From an uncultured virus (IMG/VR IMGVR_UViG_3300044631_001772) (lineage: Duplodnaviria > Heunggongvirae > Uroviricota > Caudoviricetes): a DNA stretch of 64,000 bases. Both the position numbers and the translations under genes were made by a program. The stretch spans positions 1 to 64,000 of IMG/VR virus record IMGVR_UViG_3300044631_001772. One strand, written 5' to 3'. The notes beneath the pieces were generated by a model. It was given only the letters and a program-made list of their open reading frames with translations, was not told where the DNA came from and searched no databases. Within the stretch, counting starts at the first letter, position 1. Each line of letters opens with the position of its first letter. Below are positions 28,201 to 35,918 of the stretch, in pieces.

Positions 28201-29425
28201 TGTTGCTTCAACCTCAAACTTTACAACATTTGAAGGTATTGCAGTTAGCGGATCTAACCCAGGATACATAAAAATAGAAAATGAAATTATTAAATATGAA
28301 TCTGTTGGAACTGGTCAGTTATTAACAATCACCAGAGGAATAGATTCGACTCTTGTTTTAGATCATCCTGTAAGCACTCTAGTCTATAAGTATGAACTCA
28401 GTGGTGTTTCTCTAAGAAGAATCAATACCACACATGACATTAGTGATACTGGAAACGATATTGATAGTTACTATATTGAGTTCAATAGGTCAAACTTTGA
28501 TTCAAATGCAATCAATAGAAGTACTGATGGAAGTCTCTCATCAGCACCACAATTATCTTTTGATGCTGAAATTGCTACTGGAGGATCTGGAGTTGAATCC
28601 ACAGAAAATATACAGTATGATAGCATTATCCCAGAAATTGTTGGTTTGGTTCCTGGATCTGCAACCGAAGTTACTGCACAAATTAGAAGTGTAAGTGGAA
28701 CAAGTGTAGACGGAACCGAAGTTTCATTCCAAGATCAAGGTTATGAAAATGTGGAAATTGGAGTACTTAATAAACTTTCTTCAACAAGAATTATTTGTTC
28801 CAACATTAACGAAGACACTTATCTGGAAGGCGTACTACTGTCTAATAGATCTAAATCTTTTGTTGCAAAGGTTAATTTATCTACAACAGATAATAATCTT
28901 TCGCCCATGATTTTCTGGAAGAACTCTGCAGTTCAACTTCTTAGTAGCAGACTTAATAGTCCTGTCTCAAACTATATCACTGACAACAGAGCAAATTCAT
29001 TGATTGATGATCCACATGCTGCAATATATGTTTCAAATACGGTACGTCTTTCTCAATCGGCAACTTCACTTAAGGTCATTATAAGCGCATATAGACATTC
29101 ATCAGCAGATTTTAGAGTTCTTTATAGTCTAATTAGACCAGATTCAAGTGAGGTTGAGCAGGCATTTGTATTATTCCCAGGTTATAATAACCTCACAATT
29201 GATGCAAATCAAGACGGTTATCCCGATGTTATTAATTCTGCAAATAATAGCGGTTTACCAGATACATTTGTTCCTGCAAGTTTAGAAAATCAGTTCTTAG
29301 ATTATGAATTTACTGCAAACAATTTAGGCGAATTTACAGGGTACACAATTAAAATTGTAATGTCTGGCACTAACCAGGCATATGCCCCAAGATTTAAAGA
29401 TCTAAGAAGTATTGCAATTAGATGA
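22232..29425 (+). CDS. large virion structural protein (DUF4815/VrlC-like)
   Basis: NLNVSPYYDDF, PVQARELNTLQS, RRYTMRDIG, RFKTGFFVDDF, DPLAQSF, GSLFKSQN; typical gene after gp8. Confidence 0.85.
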   Translation: MAQKTNLNVSPYYDDFNEPDVGAKDKNYYKVLFNPGKPVQARELNTLQSILQDQVESFGSHIFKEGSMVIPGNIVYDNQFYSVKLNPTIYGANIISYLEQFVGKKITGQTSGTTATVQKVQLPNSEVEYATIYVKYQDSDNNFTFNEFQDGEFLYASENVVYSGTTIASGTPFASTISNSSTSTGSASSIGEGVYFIRGTFVRVPKQTIILDYYSNTPSYRVGLRVNEQIITAKDDPTLYDNAKGFTNYAAPGSDRFKISLTLDKKLLSDIENDTDFVELLRVQDGNIKKIETKSQYSIIRDYLAQRTYDESGDYVVTPFQFSLNNSLNNRLGNDGLFFSNEKTEQNNIPSDNLMCVKFSPGKAYVRGYDIEKTGVEIVDVPKPRTSLSKSNVNIPFEMGNLIRVNNSSGAPKQKSSIDLYNQRKSSTIAATGTKIGDARVYAFNLTDAAYSNVATNWDLYLYDIQTYTQLTLNQSISGAQLPITSFIKGKSSGASGYATAAGTGSDIISLRQTSGTFIVGEQIIINGLELYPRTIKSIRVYSTQDIKSLFQSTATSGFSTAFAADAQLDKTTAFGFSPTDVITIQSSGAVSSSGKPFSGIASDTIIRYQRVGFVTETYNRVLSVSSDGSSMTLVGINTVSGVCDGGLPLSQTSTTFSIGAPKIRNEQKGYLYAQLPDANIASTNLSNSTLSFTAQSNTTLTPSSNTLTVTTGNFDLGISSSFSQFQSFDEERYSIHYADGSIEGLTSDKVTLSNNQVTFNNIQNKNISTINATFIKNGTQSKVKQFTRSQTINVNLSKYPESGTGISTSINDGLTYNQFYGLRVQDEEICLKYPDVVKVIAVYESLNTSAPSLDTLTFSSIANVDTNAIVGENIIGQSSKAIARVVTKPSSNNLGIVYLNTNRFIAGENVTFEESNINTSIATIIQGNYKNITNSFTLDKGQKEQYYDYSKIIRNSGESAPTKQLLIVFDYYSIPSGDTGDVFTVNSYTAERFGSDIPSIGKDNVRASDTLDFRPRVSIFSSTTSSPFDFSSRSFGTDPKLILSPNENSLIGYDFYLGRIDKLYLDKLGNFIVLQGTPSTDPKAPSKPDDVMEIATINLPPYLYNPKDASVFLADNRRYTMRDIGLIEDRVENLERVTSLSLLELNVQTLQIQDAQGFNRFKTGFFVDDFKNTDLINTDVSKVEVDFENDELTPQISRNSINLLPVSAQVFTDETLDLSSNFSLYDSNVQKINDVITLKYESIGWIEQPLATKVENVNPFHVVSYSGTIKLNPSSDSWVRTIRLADVNINQTNWVWLRATGRWAIVGSSSSTNVDDRLLASGTELYMRSRNTGFSAVNMKPLTQTYQFLDGNSGVDFIPKLVEIANDSTLQNYGASAAFSVGETVVGSYNGQNLIRFRVATSNHKEGPFSSPTTTYNINPYNKSENIPSSYSLTSKVLNIDIDSLCAEAQGLYSGYLITGMKLVGQTSGAVAYVKTLRLITDNYGDLKGSFFLRDPNTNPTPPVRIATGSKVYKLTSSSTNQTPLPGSKLICSAETIYKAEGTWEQRQRVTTTSTTIYFVDPLAQSFSVGGNIEDTNGNSPNDDANGAYLTAVDLFFASKDPNNAPLTVEVRTVELGTPTRVIVGNPVTLKPDQIQTSTNASVATTVTFDYPIYLAPGLEYAIVLLAPQTDQYEVWIAEMGEKTVNTANLPDAESVRYTKQFAIGSLFKSQNGSIWTENQYQDLKFKLYKANFTATSGSVFFQNPTLNESNGYVPTLSNNPVTTLPKKFAIGISTVTSSAMIGILTTGRKIADAAKPYNYGYIVGTGSSVSTVGITTGGSNYTTTSNVGTYSITGSGTGLRLNITATNGAVSAATVASVGNGYAVGDVVGITTANVSPAAGRDARITITAITGLDTLYISNAQAESFTTVGISTLVYYNDSGTAISLASTTIRTSSPVGGIYAGNFMKVNHFDHGMYAANNKLTLYNVESNIIPTTLSLPLLSTDTSISVASTSNFTTFEGIAVSGSNPGYIKIENEIIKYESVGTGQLLTITRGIDSTLVLDHPVSTLVYKYELSGVSLRRINTTHDISDTGNDIDSYYIEFNRSNFDSNAINRSTDGSLSSAPQLSFDAEIATGGSGVESTENIQYDSIIPEIVGLVPGSATEVTAQIRSVSGTSVDGTEVSFQDQGYENVEIGVLNKLSSTRIICSNINEDTYLEGVLLSNRSKSFVAKVNLSTTDNNLSPMIFWKNSAVQLLSSRLNSPVSNYITDNRANSLIDDPHAAIYVSNTVRLSQSATSLKVIISAYRHSSADFRVLYSLIRPDSSEVEQAFVLFPGYNNLTIDANQDGYPDVINSANNSGLPDTFVPASLENQFLDYEFTANNLGEFTGYTIKIVMSGTNQAYAPRFKDLRSIAIR

Positions 29426-29625
29426 TGATACCAGTAAAAGGACACCCAAATTTATATCGTGATGAGCAATCGGGGGCAATTATAAACTGTGATAATTATT
29501 CCTATAATCAATATGTGAACAGTTTATACAATAGAGATTCTCAAAAACGTGAGATGGAACAAATAAAAAAAGATATTGACGAAATTAAATTATTACTTAA
29601 GGAGTTTATAAATGGAACCAAATGA
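29422..29625 (+). CDS. small conserved protein (VKGHPNLYRD..SGAIIN, C-terminal coiled coil)
   Basis: overlaps the upstream stop. Confidence 0.8.
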   Translation: MMIPVKGHPNLYRDEQSGAIINCDNYSYNQYVNSLYNRDSQKREMEQIKKDIDEIKLLLKEFINGTK

Positions 29626-29788
29626 TATTCAACTGGAAACGATAGATAAAATGTTTGAATTTGAAAAGCATTCTCGGGTTATAGATGAACTAAATTTCGA
29701 AGAACTTAAAGAGTTTTCGAAGTTATATTGTAAATTATATCTTAAGCAACAAGAAGTTTTGAGTTCCCTTGGCACTCTTGAGGTATAA
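29612..29788 (+). CDS. 58-aa helical protein, NblA-like (putative phycobilisome degradation adaptor)
   Basis: translated by hand; AAGGAG at 29599-29604; MEPNDIQLETIDKMFEFEKHSRVIDELNFEELKEFSKLYCKLYLKQQEVLSSL; function inferred from pattern only. Confidence 0.55.
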   Translation: MEPNDIQLETIDKMFEFEKHSRVIDELNFEELKEFSKLYCKLYLKQQEVLSSLGTLEV

Positions 29789-29791
29789 ATA
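29784..29791 (+). promoter_or_regulatory. T4-type late promoter
   Basis: TATAAATA. Confidence 0.8.
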
Positions 29792-29813
29792 AAAAGTAGA
29801 GCTTAAAAAATAG

Positions 29814-30158
29814 ATGGCAGCAGTATACGTCAATAACTTAGTTGTGAATGCTGGCAGTGATTTTGATCAAACTTTTATTTTAGAAGGTGCAAATACTAAT
29901 TCTGCTTTAGATTTATCTGGATATACAGTTGTAGCCCAAATGAGAAAATGGGCAGGAAGTTCTTCTGCAACAAGTTTTACTGCTACAATCATAAGTCCAT
30001 ATACAAGTGGAAAAATTACATTAAGTTTAACTTCCACACAAACTTCGAGTTTAAAAGCAGGAAGATACGTATACGATATTGTAATCACAGACCTATCTGG
30101 CAGTAAAACTAGAGTTGTTGAGGGAATGGTTCTCGTAACAGAGGGAGTTACCCGATAA
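29814..30158 (+). CDS. virion structural protein (beta-sandwich, BppU-N-like)
   Basis: LDLSGYT..AQMRK, GKITLSLT..QTSSLKAGRYVYD, RVVEGMVLVTEGVTR. Confidence 0.75.
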   Translation: MAAVYVNNLVVNAGSDFDQTFILEGANTNSALDLSGYTVVAQMRKWAGSSSATSFTATIISPYTSGKITLSLTSTQTSSLKAGRYVYDIVITDLSGSKTRVVEGMVLVTEGVTR

Positions 30159-30607
30159 TGTCAGATATTAAAATTAGAGTTGGGCAACAAAATTCTATAA
30201 AAGTTATTTCGAGTATAGCAGGTGAACGCGCTTTCAATGACGCAGTAAATGTAATAGGAGGAATTGCTTCTGTTACACAACTACAAGTCAGTGGTGTATC
30301 CACATTTGTTGGTGTAAGTACATTTAAAAGTGATGTTTACATTGATGGTGATTTAATTATTGGCGATGATTTAAAATTTGATGAATTTACTGCTAGAAAT
30401 GGAAATATCACCGGCATTGCTACCATTTCTGGTGGATTATATTATGGTCCATATTATACAAATGGATTGCCTTACTTTAATTCTTCAGGGTTAATGGTAT
30501 CAACTGCAAGTCCTCAGAATGGAATTGATTATACAAACTATATAATGACGACAGATAATGCTGGAGTTCCAGCTTGGTCAAATGCAATAGACGGAGGAAC
30601 TTATTAA
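30158..30607 (+). CDS. short fibre-like virion protein
   Basis: NVIGGIASVTQLQVSGVSTF fibre-type repeat; ends IDGGTY. Confidence 0.65.
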   Translation: MSDIKIRVGQQNSIKVISSIAGERAFNDAVNVIGGIASVTQLQVSGVSTFVGVSTFKSDVYIDGDLIIGDDLKFDEFTARNGNITGIATISGGLYYGPYYTNGLPYFNSSGLMVSTASPQNGIDYTNYIMTTDNAGVPAWSNAIDGGTY

Positions 30608-30608
30608 A

Positions 30609-31451
30609 ATGTCTAAACCGGCAAGTAGACAGCAACTAATTGATTATTGTTTAAGACGTTTAGGTGCTCCAGTCTTGGAAATTAATATTGATGATGATCA
30701 AATTGACGATTTAGTGGATGATGCTCTTCAATATTTTCAAGAGCGTCATTTTGACGGTGTTGAAAGAATGTATTTAAAATACAAGATCACAGAGGCAGAT
30801 TTAAATAGAGGTAGGGCAAATCCAACAAATGGTGTAGGAATTGTTACAACTACAGGAACTGCATCAATTAGTGGAATTGGAACCACAACATTTAATTTTT
30901 ACGAAAATTCAAACTTTATTCAAGTTCCAGATAGTGTTATAGGAATTGAAAAAGTTTTTAAATTTGATACCAGTTCAATTTCTGCTGGTATGTGGAGTAT
31001 TAAATATCAGTTATTTTTAAATGACTTATACTATTTTAATTCTGTAGAACTTTTACAATATGCAATGGTAAAAACTTATCTTGAAGATATTGATTTTTTA
31101 CTTTCTACAGATAAGCAAATTAGGTTTAATAAAAGGCAAAATAGATTGTATCTAGATATTGACTGGGAAGCAAAAGCAAAAGATACTTTTATTATTCTAG
31201 ACTGCTATAGAATTTTAGATCCAAATGATTTTACTAAAGTATATAATGATAGTTTCTTGAAGAAATATCTAACTGCCATAATGAAGCGTCAATGGGGTCA
31301 AAACTTAATTAAATTTAGGGGAGTTAAATTGCCAGGTGGTATTGAATTAAATGGGAGAGAGATATATGAAGATGCTGAAAGAGAGTTAGAAAGTATAAGG
31401 CAAAGAATGTCTATGGATTATGAACTTCCCCCTTACGATTTTATTGGTTAG
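30609..31451 (+). CDS. gp13: neck protein gp13
   Basis: YCLRRLGAPVLEINID, KRQWGQNLIKF, LPGG..LNG. Confidence 0.95.
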   Translation: MSKPASRQQLIDYCLRRLGAPVLEINIDDDQIDDLVDDALQYFQERHFDGVERMYLKYKITEADLNRGRANPTNGVGIVTTTGTASISGIGTTTFNFYENSNFIQVPDSVIGIEKVFKFDTSSISAGMWSIKYQLFLNDLYYFNSVELLQYAMVKTYLEDIDFLLSTDKQIRFNKRQNRLYLDIDWEAKAKDTFIILDCYRILDPNDFTKVYNDSFLKKYLTAIMKRQWGQNLIKFRGVKLPGGIELNGREIYEDAERELESIRQRMSMDYELPPYDFIG

Positions 31452-31453
31452 TA

Positions 31454-32845
31454 ATGTCTCTCAATCCCTTTTTCTTACAAGGTTCTCCAGGAGAACAAAG
31501 ACTTATACAAGATTTAATTAATGAACAGTTAAAAATTTATGGTGTAGATGTCATCTACATTCCAAGAAAATTTGTAAGAAAGCAAACTATTATTAAAGAA
31601 ATACAATCATCAAAATTTGATGATAATTTTGCTATTGAAGCATATGTTAATAGTTTTGATGGTTATGGTGGGCAAGGAGATATTCTCACAAAATTTGGAA
31701 TGAGTTTAAGAGATGAATTAAGTTTAATCATTTCAAAAGAAAGGTTTGAAGATTTCATCTCTCCATTTTTAGAAGGAGAAAATGACAATGAAATTGTTCT
31801 TTCATCTAGACCGAGAGAAGGAGATTTAATATATTTTCCTTTGGGTCAAAGAATATTTGAAGTTAAGTTTGTTGAACATGAAGTAAACTTTTATCAACTT
31901 GGAAAATTATATGTTTATGAATTAAAGTGTGAATTATTTGAATATGAAGATGAAGTTATTGATACTTCTATTCAAGAAATTGATACTCAAATTGAAGATC
32001 AGGGATACATTACAACTCTACAATTGATTGGAACTGGTTCAACAGCATCCGCAACTGCTTTTATTAATACTGGTTATATTAGAGAAATATACTTAAACAA
32101 TGATGGTTACGACTACACTTCGTCACCAACTGTTGCAATTTCAACAGCACCATCTGGTGGAACTAATGCTGCAGCAGTTGCTATTACAACAAATAGAGCA
32201 GGTGTTTATTCAATTGAGTCTATTGTATTAATTAATGCCGGTGCAGGATACACTGTTGCCCCAACAATTACAATAGTTGGTGGTGGAGGATCTGGTGCAG
32301 CGGTAACTTGTGCAATTGAAACCTCTAGAAGTGGAGTTACTAGGTTTACAGTAACTTCTCCTGGAAGTGGATACGTTACATCACCAACTGTTACCATTAC
32401 AGGTTCAGTTGGAACTGGTCAAACCTCTATAGGACTTGCTGTAGTTGGTTCTGGTCAAACTATTTCTTCAATTAGGATTATCAATTCTGGTGTTGGTTAT
32501 ACTGTATCCCCAACTGTTACAATTGCAGCACCATCAATTTTATCTGGAATTGGTACATATCAATTTAATGAAGAAGTGGTTGGTTCTCAATCTGGAACTA
32601 GGGCACGTGTTAAATCTTGGGATTATGATACCAAGATTCTCAAAGTTTCTTTAGTTGATAATGCAGCAACAAAAGGTTTTTATGGTGGTGAACTTATTGT
32701 TGGTGCAGCATCTAGTGCCATATATTCTCTCAGTTCTTTTGATTCTTGGGATCAATATGATAAATATAGTGAAAATATAGAAATTGAAAATGCGGCTGAC
32801 GGCATTATAGATTTCTCAGAGTCTAATCCATTTGGTATATTTTAA
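31454..32845 (+). CDS. gp14: neck protein gp14 with C-terminal GxGYTxxPTVTI repeats
   Basis: RPREGDLIYFP, FEVKFVEHE..FYQLGK, DFSESNPFG. Confidence 0.93.
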   Translation: MSLNPFFLQGSPGEQRLIQDLINEQLKIYGVDVIYIPRKFVRKQTIIKEIQSSKFDDNFAIEAYVNSFDGYGGQGDILTKFGMSLRDELSLIISKERFEDFISPFLEGENDNEIVLSSRPREGDLIYFPLGQRIFEVKFVEHEVNFYQLGKLYVYELKCELFEYEDEVIDTSIQEIDTQIEDQGYITTLQLIGTGSTASATAFINTGYIREIYLNNDGYDYTSSPTVAISTAPSGGTNAAAVAITTNRAGVYSIESIVLINAGAGYTVAPTITIVGGGGSGAAVTCAIETSRSGVTRFTVTSPGSGYVTSPTVTITGSVGTGQTSIGLAVVGSGQTISSIRIINSGVGYTVSPTVTIAAPSILSGIGTYQFNEEVVGSQSGTRARVKSWDYDTKILKVSLVDNAATKGFYGGELIVGAASSAIYSLSSFDSWDQYDKYSENIEIENAADGIIDFSESNPFGIF

Positions 32846-33642
32846 TGCTAGGAACTTATTACTATCACGAAATTATTAGAAGAACAGTGATTGCCTTTGG
32901 CACACTGTTTAATGACATTTATGTCAGGCATAAAGACTCAAGTGGTGATAGTATCAATGAAATGAAAGTTCCATTGGCATATGGTCCAATTCAAAAATTT
33001 CTTGCGAGGATAGAGCAACAACCAGAATTAAATAAACCAATTGCAATGACATTGCCTAGATTATCATTTGAGATGAACTCCATTCAGTATGATCCAACAA
33101 GAAAGGCAAATATAACTCAAACATTTAGAGCTTGTGATGGTTCTAATTTGAAAAAAGTTTTTCTACCTGTACCATATAATATAGGTTTTCAACTAAATTT
33201 GATGACAAAACTTCAAGATGATGCCTTGCAGGTAACAGAACAAATCCTTCCTTATTTTCAACCATCATTCAATCTTACAGTCGATCTTATCGATTCTATT
33301 GGTGAAAAACGAGATATACCTATTGTATTAGATAATGTTTCGTTCGTTGATGATTATGAGGGTGATTTTTCGACAAGAAGAATTTTAATTTACACTTTTA
33401 ACTTTACAGTTAAAACATATCTATTTGGACCTGTAGCAGAAACAACTGATGGTCTGATCCGTAAGGTTCAAGTTGATATGTATAGTGATACAAATAGGCA
33501 AACTGCAAAGAGAGAGATGAGATATACTGCCCAACCAGATCCTTATGATGCTGCACCAGATGATAATTTTGGGTTTGATGAAGAGTGGTTATCTTTTGAT
33601 GACTCTAAGACTTATAGTCCTACACAACAAACTGACATTTAA
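32845..33642 (+). CDS. gp15: tail sheath stabiliser/terminator gp15
   Basis: FGTLFNDI, KVPLAYGPIQKF, LPRLSFE, EQILPYFQP. Confidence 0.95.
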   Translation: MLGTYYYHEIIRRTVIAFGTLFNDIYVRHKDSSGDSINEMKVPLAYGPIQKFLARIEQQPELNKPIAMTLPRLSFEMNSIQYDPTRKANITQTFRACDGSNLKKVFLPVPYNIGFQLNLMTKLQDDALQVTEQILPYFQPSFNLTVDLIDSIGEKRDIPIVLDNVSFVDDYEGDFSTRRILIYTFNFTVKTYLFGPVAETTDGLIRKVQVDMYSDTNRQTAKREMRYTAQPDPYDAAPDDNFGFDEEWLSFDDSKTYSPTQQTDI

Positions 33643-33648
33643 TATCTT

Positions 33649-34071
33649 ATGAAAAATAATTATGATGGTCTAGATAATGCCCTCAACATTGAAAGTAAAA
33701 TTGTTGAGGTAGAAAAGACCGAAAATAAATTAGAAGTCGTACCAATTCAAGGTCAAGATATTAAAAAGGACTATGAATACACCCGTGCAAATCTTTATTC
33801 TTTGATAGAAAAGGGTCAGGAAGCTATCAATGGAATTATGGAACTTGCCGGCGAAAGTGATTCGCCTAGAGCATATGAAGTTGCTGGTCAATTAATTAAA
33901 AGCGTTGGTGATGTGACAGATAAACTTATTGATTTGCAAAAGAAACTTAAGGATGTTGAAGAGGACACTGCAAAAACAACAAACAATGTTACCAACAATG
34001 CCGTATTTGTTGGTTCCACATCCGAACTTTCTAAACTACTCAAGCAAGGTTTTCTAAATAATAAAGAGTAA
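33649..34071 (+). CDS. gp16: terminase small subunit gp16
   Basis: DYEYTRANL, SPRAYEVAGQLIK, VFVGSTSEL. Confidence 0.93.
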   Translation: MKNNYDGLDNALNIESKIVEVEKTENKLEVVPIQGQDIKKDYEYTRANLYSLIEKGQEAINGIMELAGESDSPRAYEVAGQLIKSVGDVTDKLIDLQKKLKDVEEDTAKTTNNVTNNAVFVGSTSELSKLLKQGFLNNKE

Positions 34072-34084
34072 TTTTAATCTCCTA

Positions 34085-35605
34085 ATGGGTTGGTCAGACA
34101 AATATAAAAAATCTATTGACTGCGACAATCCAAAAGGATTTTCACAAAAAGCTCACTGCCAGGGTCGTAAAGAGAAATTGAAAGAGCAATTGAAATCATT
34201 TAAAACCGTTGAGCAAATTGCTAAGAAGCATCGTATGGATGTTTCTTTCATCCAAAAGCAATTGGATATGGGGGAACCTATTGAACATGAGCATACCAAA
34301 AATCATGAACTTGCTAAAGAAATCGCCCTTCAACATTTGGACGAAATTCCAGATTATTATACTCGCCTCAAAAAAATGGAAACAGATGCTAAAAAGCATC
34401 ATAAAAAATTTAAAGATGTAAAAGAAGAAACTACATCTGGCGATGAAGGTCTTCATGATTGGTTTAATAAATCAAAGTCCTCTGATGATAAAAAAGGATG
34501 GGTTCAATTAGGTGGTAAATGGGCAGGAAAACCTTGTGCTCGCCAACCAGGTCAAACTTCTACACCAAAATGCGGAAGTTCTAAAATGAAGAGGGTGTTA
34601 TCTAAAGACGAAGAAGAATCTGCAAGAAGAAGAAAAAATCGTTTAGATCCAAATCAACCAGAAAAAACTGGTGGCACTAAACCAACAAACGTAAGAACTG
34701 AAGAAATGCATTTACAAGAAGTCAAAGACAAACCAGGCAAAGGTAGCGGTAAAAAAGATGCTTGCTACCACAAGGTAAAGTCAAGATATGATGTTTGGCC
34801 AAGTGCATATGCATCTGGAGCACTTGTTAAATGTCGTAAAGTTGGTGCCGATAACTGGGGCACAAAATTGGAAGATTGTTGGGATGGTTATAAGCAAGAG
34901 GGTATGAAAAAGAAAGGTAAAAAAATTGTCCCAAATTGCGTACCAGTAAAAGAGGAGCAAACAATGATTAGATACTGCCCCAAGTGTCAAAAAGACGAAA
35001 CTCGTGATGAGTGTAAGTATGGACCAAAGTATTGGGATATGTTCTCAATTCCATCGACACTTACAACCAATCAATTAAAGTATAATATTGCTACGGTTCA
35101 TCCTGGAAATTTCCCAGAGTCATATGACCATGAGTATTCAATGGCTCGTTCGGAACTTTCTACTATTATTAAGGCAGCAAAGAGACTTCGTAAAAAAATG
35201 AAGGGTGAAGGTAATATTGAAGCGTGGGTTCAATCAAAAATTACTAAAGCAGCAGATTATATTGATGCTGCCGCAGATTATGTCGATAGTGGTGAAATGA
35301 AGACGGAAGAATATTCAAATTGGAGAGAAGATTTTGGATTATCGGAAGATTGGCAAAAAGTCAATCGTCAAGACAAGACTGATGGTTTAAGTCAAAAAGC
35401 AGTTAATGCTTATCGCCGCGAGAATCCAGGTTCAAAACTACAAACTGCAGTCACTGAAAAGAACCCAAAAGGAAAAAGGGCAGATCGTCGTTCAAATTTT
35501 TGTAGTCGTATGTCTGGGATGAAGGATAAACTTACCTCAGCAAAAACTGCAAGAGATCCAGATTCAAGAATCAATAAAGCACTTCGTCGTTGGAACTGTA
35601 ACTAA
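34085..35605 (+). CDS. multi-module basic protein, probable internal head polyprotein
   Basis: 506 aa of short, mostly Lys-rich modules joined by Glu-containing linkers; CTAAATA just upstream. Confidence 0.7.
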   Translation: MGWSDKYKKSIDCDNPKGFSQKAHCQGRKEKLKEQLKSFKTVEQIAKKHRMDVSFIQKQLDMGEPIEHEHTKNHELAKEIALQHLDEIPDYYTRLKKMETDAKKHHKKFKDVKEETTSGDEGLHDWFNKSKSSDDKKGWVQLGGKWAGKPCARQPGQTSTPKCGSSKMKRVLSKDEEESARRRKNRLDPNQPEKTGGTKPTNVRTEEMHLQEVKDKPGKGSGKKDACYHKVKSRYDVWPSAYASGALVKCRKVGADNWGTKLEDCWDGYKQEGMKKKGKKIVPNCVPVKEEQTMIRYCPKCQKDETRDECKYGPKYWDMFSIPSTLTTNQLKYNIATVHPGNFPESYDHEYSMARSELSTIIKAAKRLRKKMKGEGNIEAWVQSKITKAADYIDAAADYVDSGEMKTEEYSNWREDFGLSEDWQKVNRQDKTDGLSQKAVNAYRRENPGSKLQTAVTEKNPKGKRADRRSNFCSRMSGMKDKLTSAKTARDPDSRINKALRRWNCN

Positions 35606-35606
35606 A

Positions 35607-35915
35607 ATGAAATCATTTCAACAGTTTATTTCCGAAAGCATTAATATTGCAGGAGATTTCAATGGAAATCTTTATATGAATTCATCTCAACCAGAGACCG
35701 CAAGCGAATCTTTCCTTGCAGATGTAGTTTGGCAGGGGAGATTATATCGTATGCAAGTTGAAGGTAAGATGATGGATAAAAATCAACTTGCAGAACAACT
35801 ACAAGGAGAATATCCTGGAGCGATTGTTCATAATATATACCCAATAGAATCTAATTCTATAAAAATCAAAAACGCACAAAGATATAGACCAGAAAGATTA
35901 TCGTGGAGTGAATGA
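35607..35915 (+). CDS. hypothetical protein with capsid-targeting-like leader MKSFQQFISE
   Basis: 102-aa ORF; N-terminus resembles T4 internal-protein leaders. Confidence 0.75.
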   Translation: MKSFQQFISESINIAGDFNGNLYMNSSQPETASESFLADVVWQGRLYRMQVEGKMMDKNQLAEQLQGEYPGAIVHNIYPIESNSIKIKNAQRYRPERLSWSE

Positions 35916-35918
35916 TTA

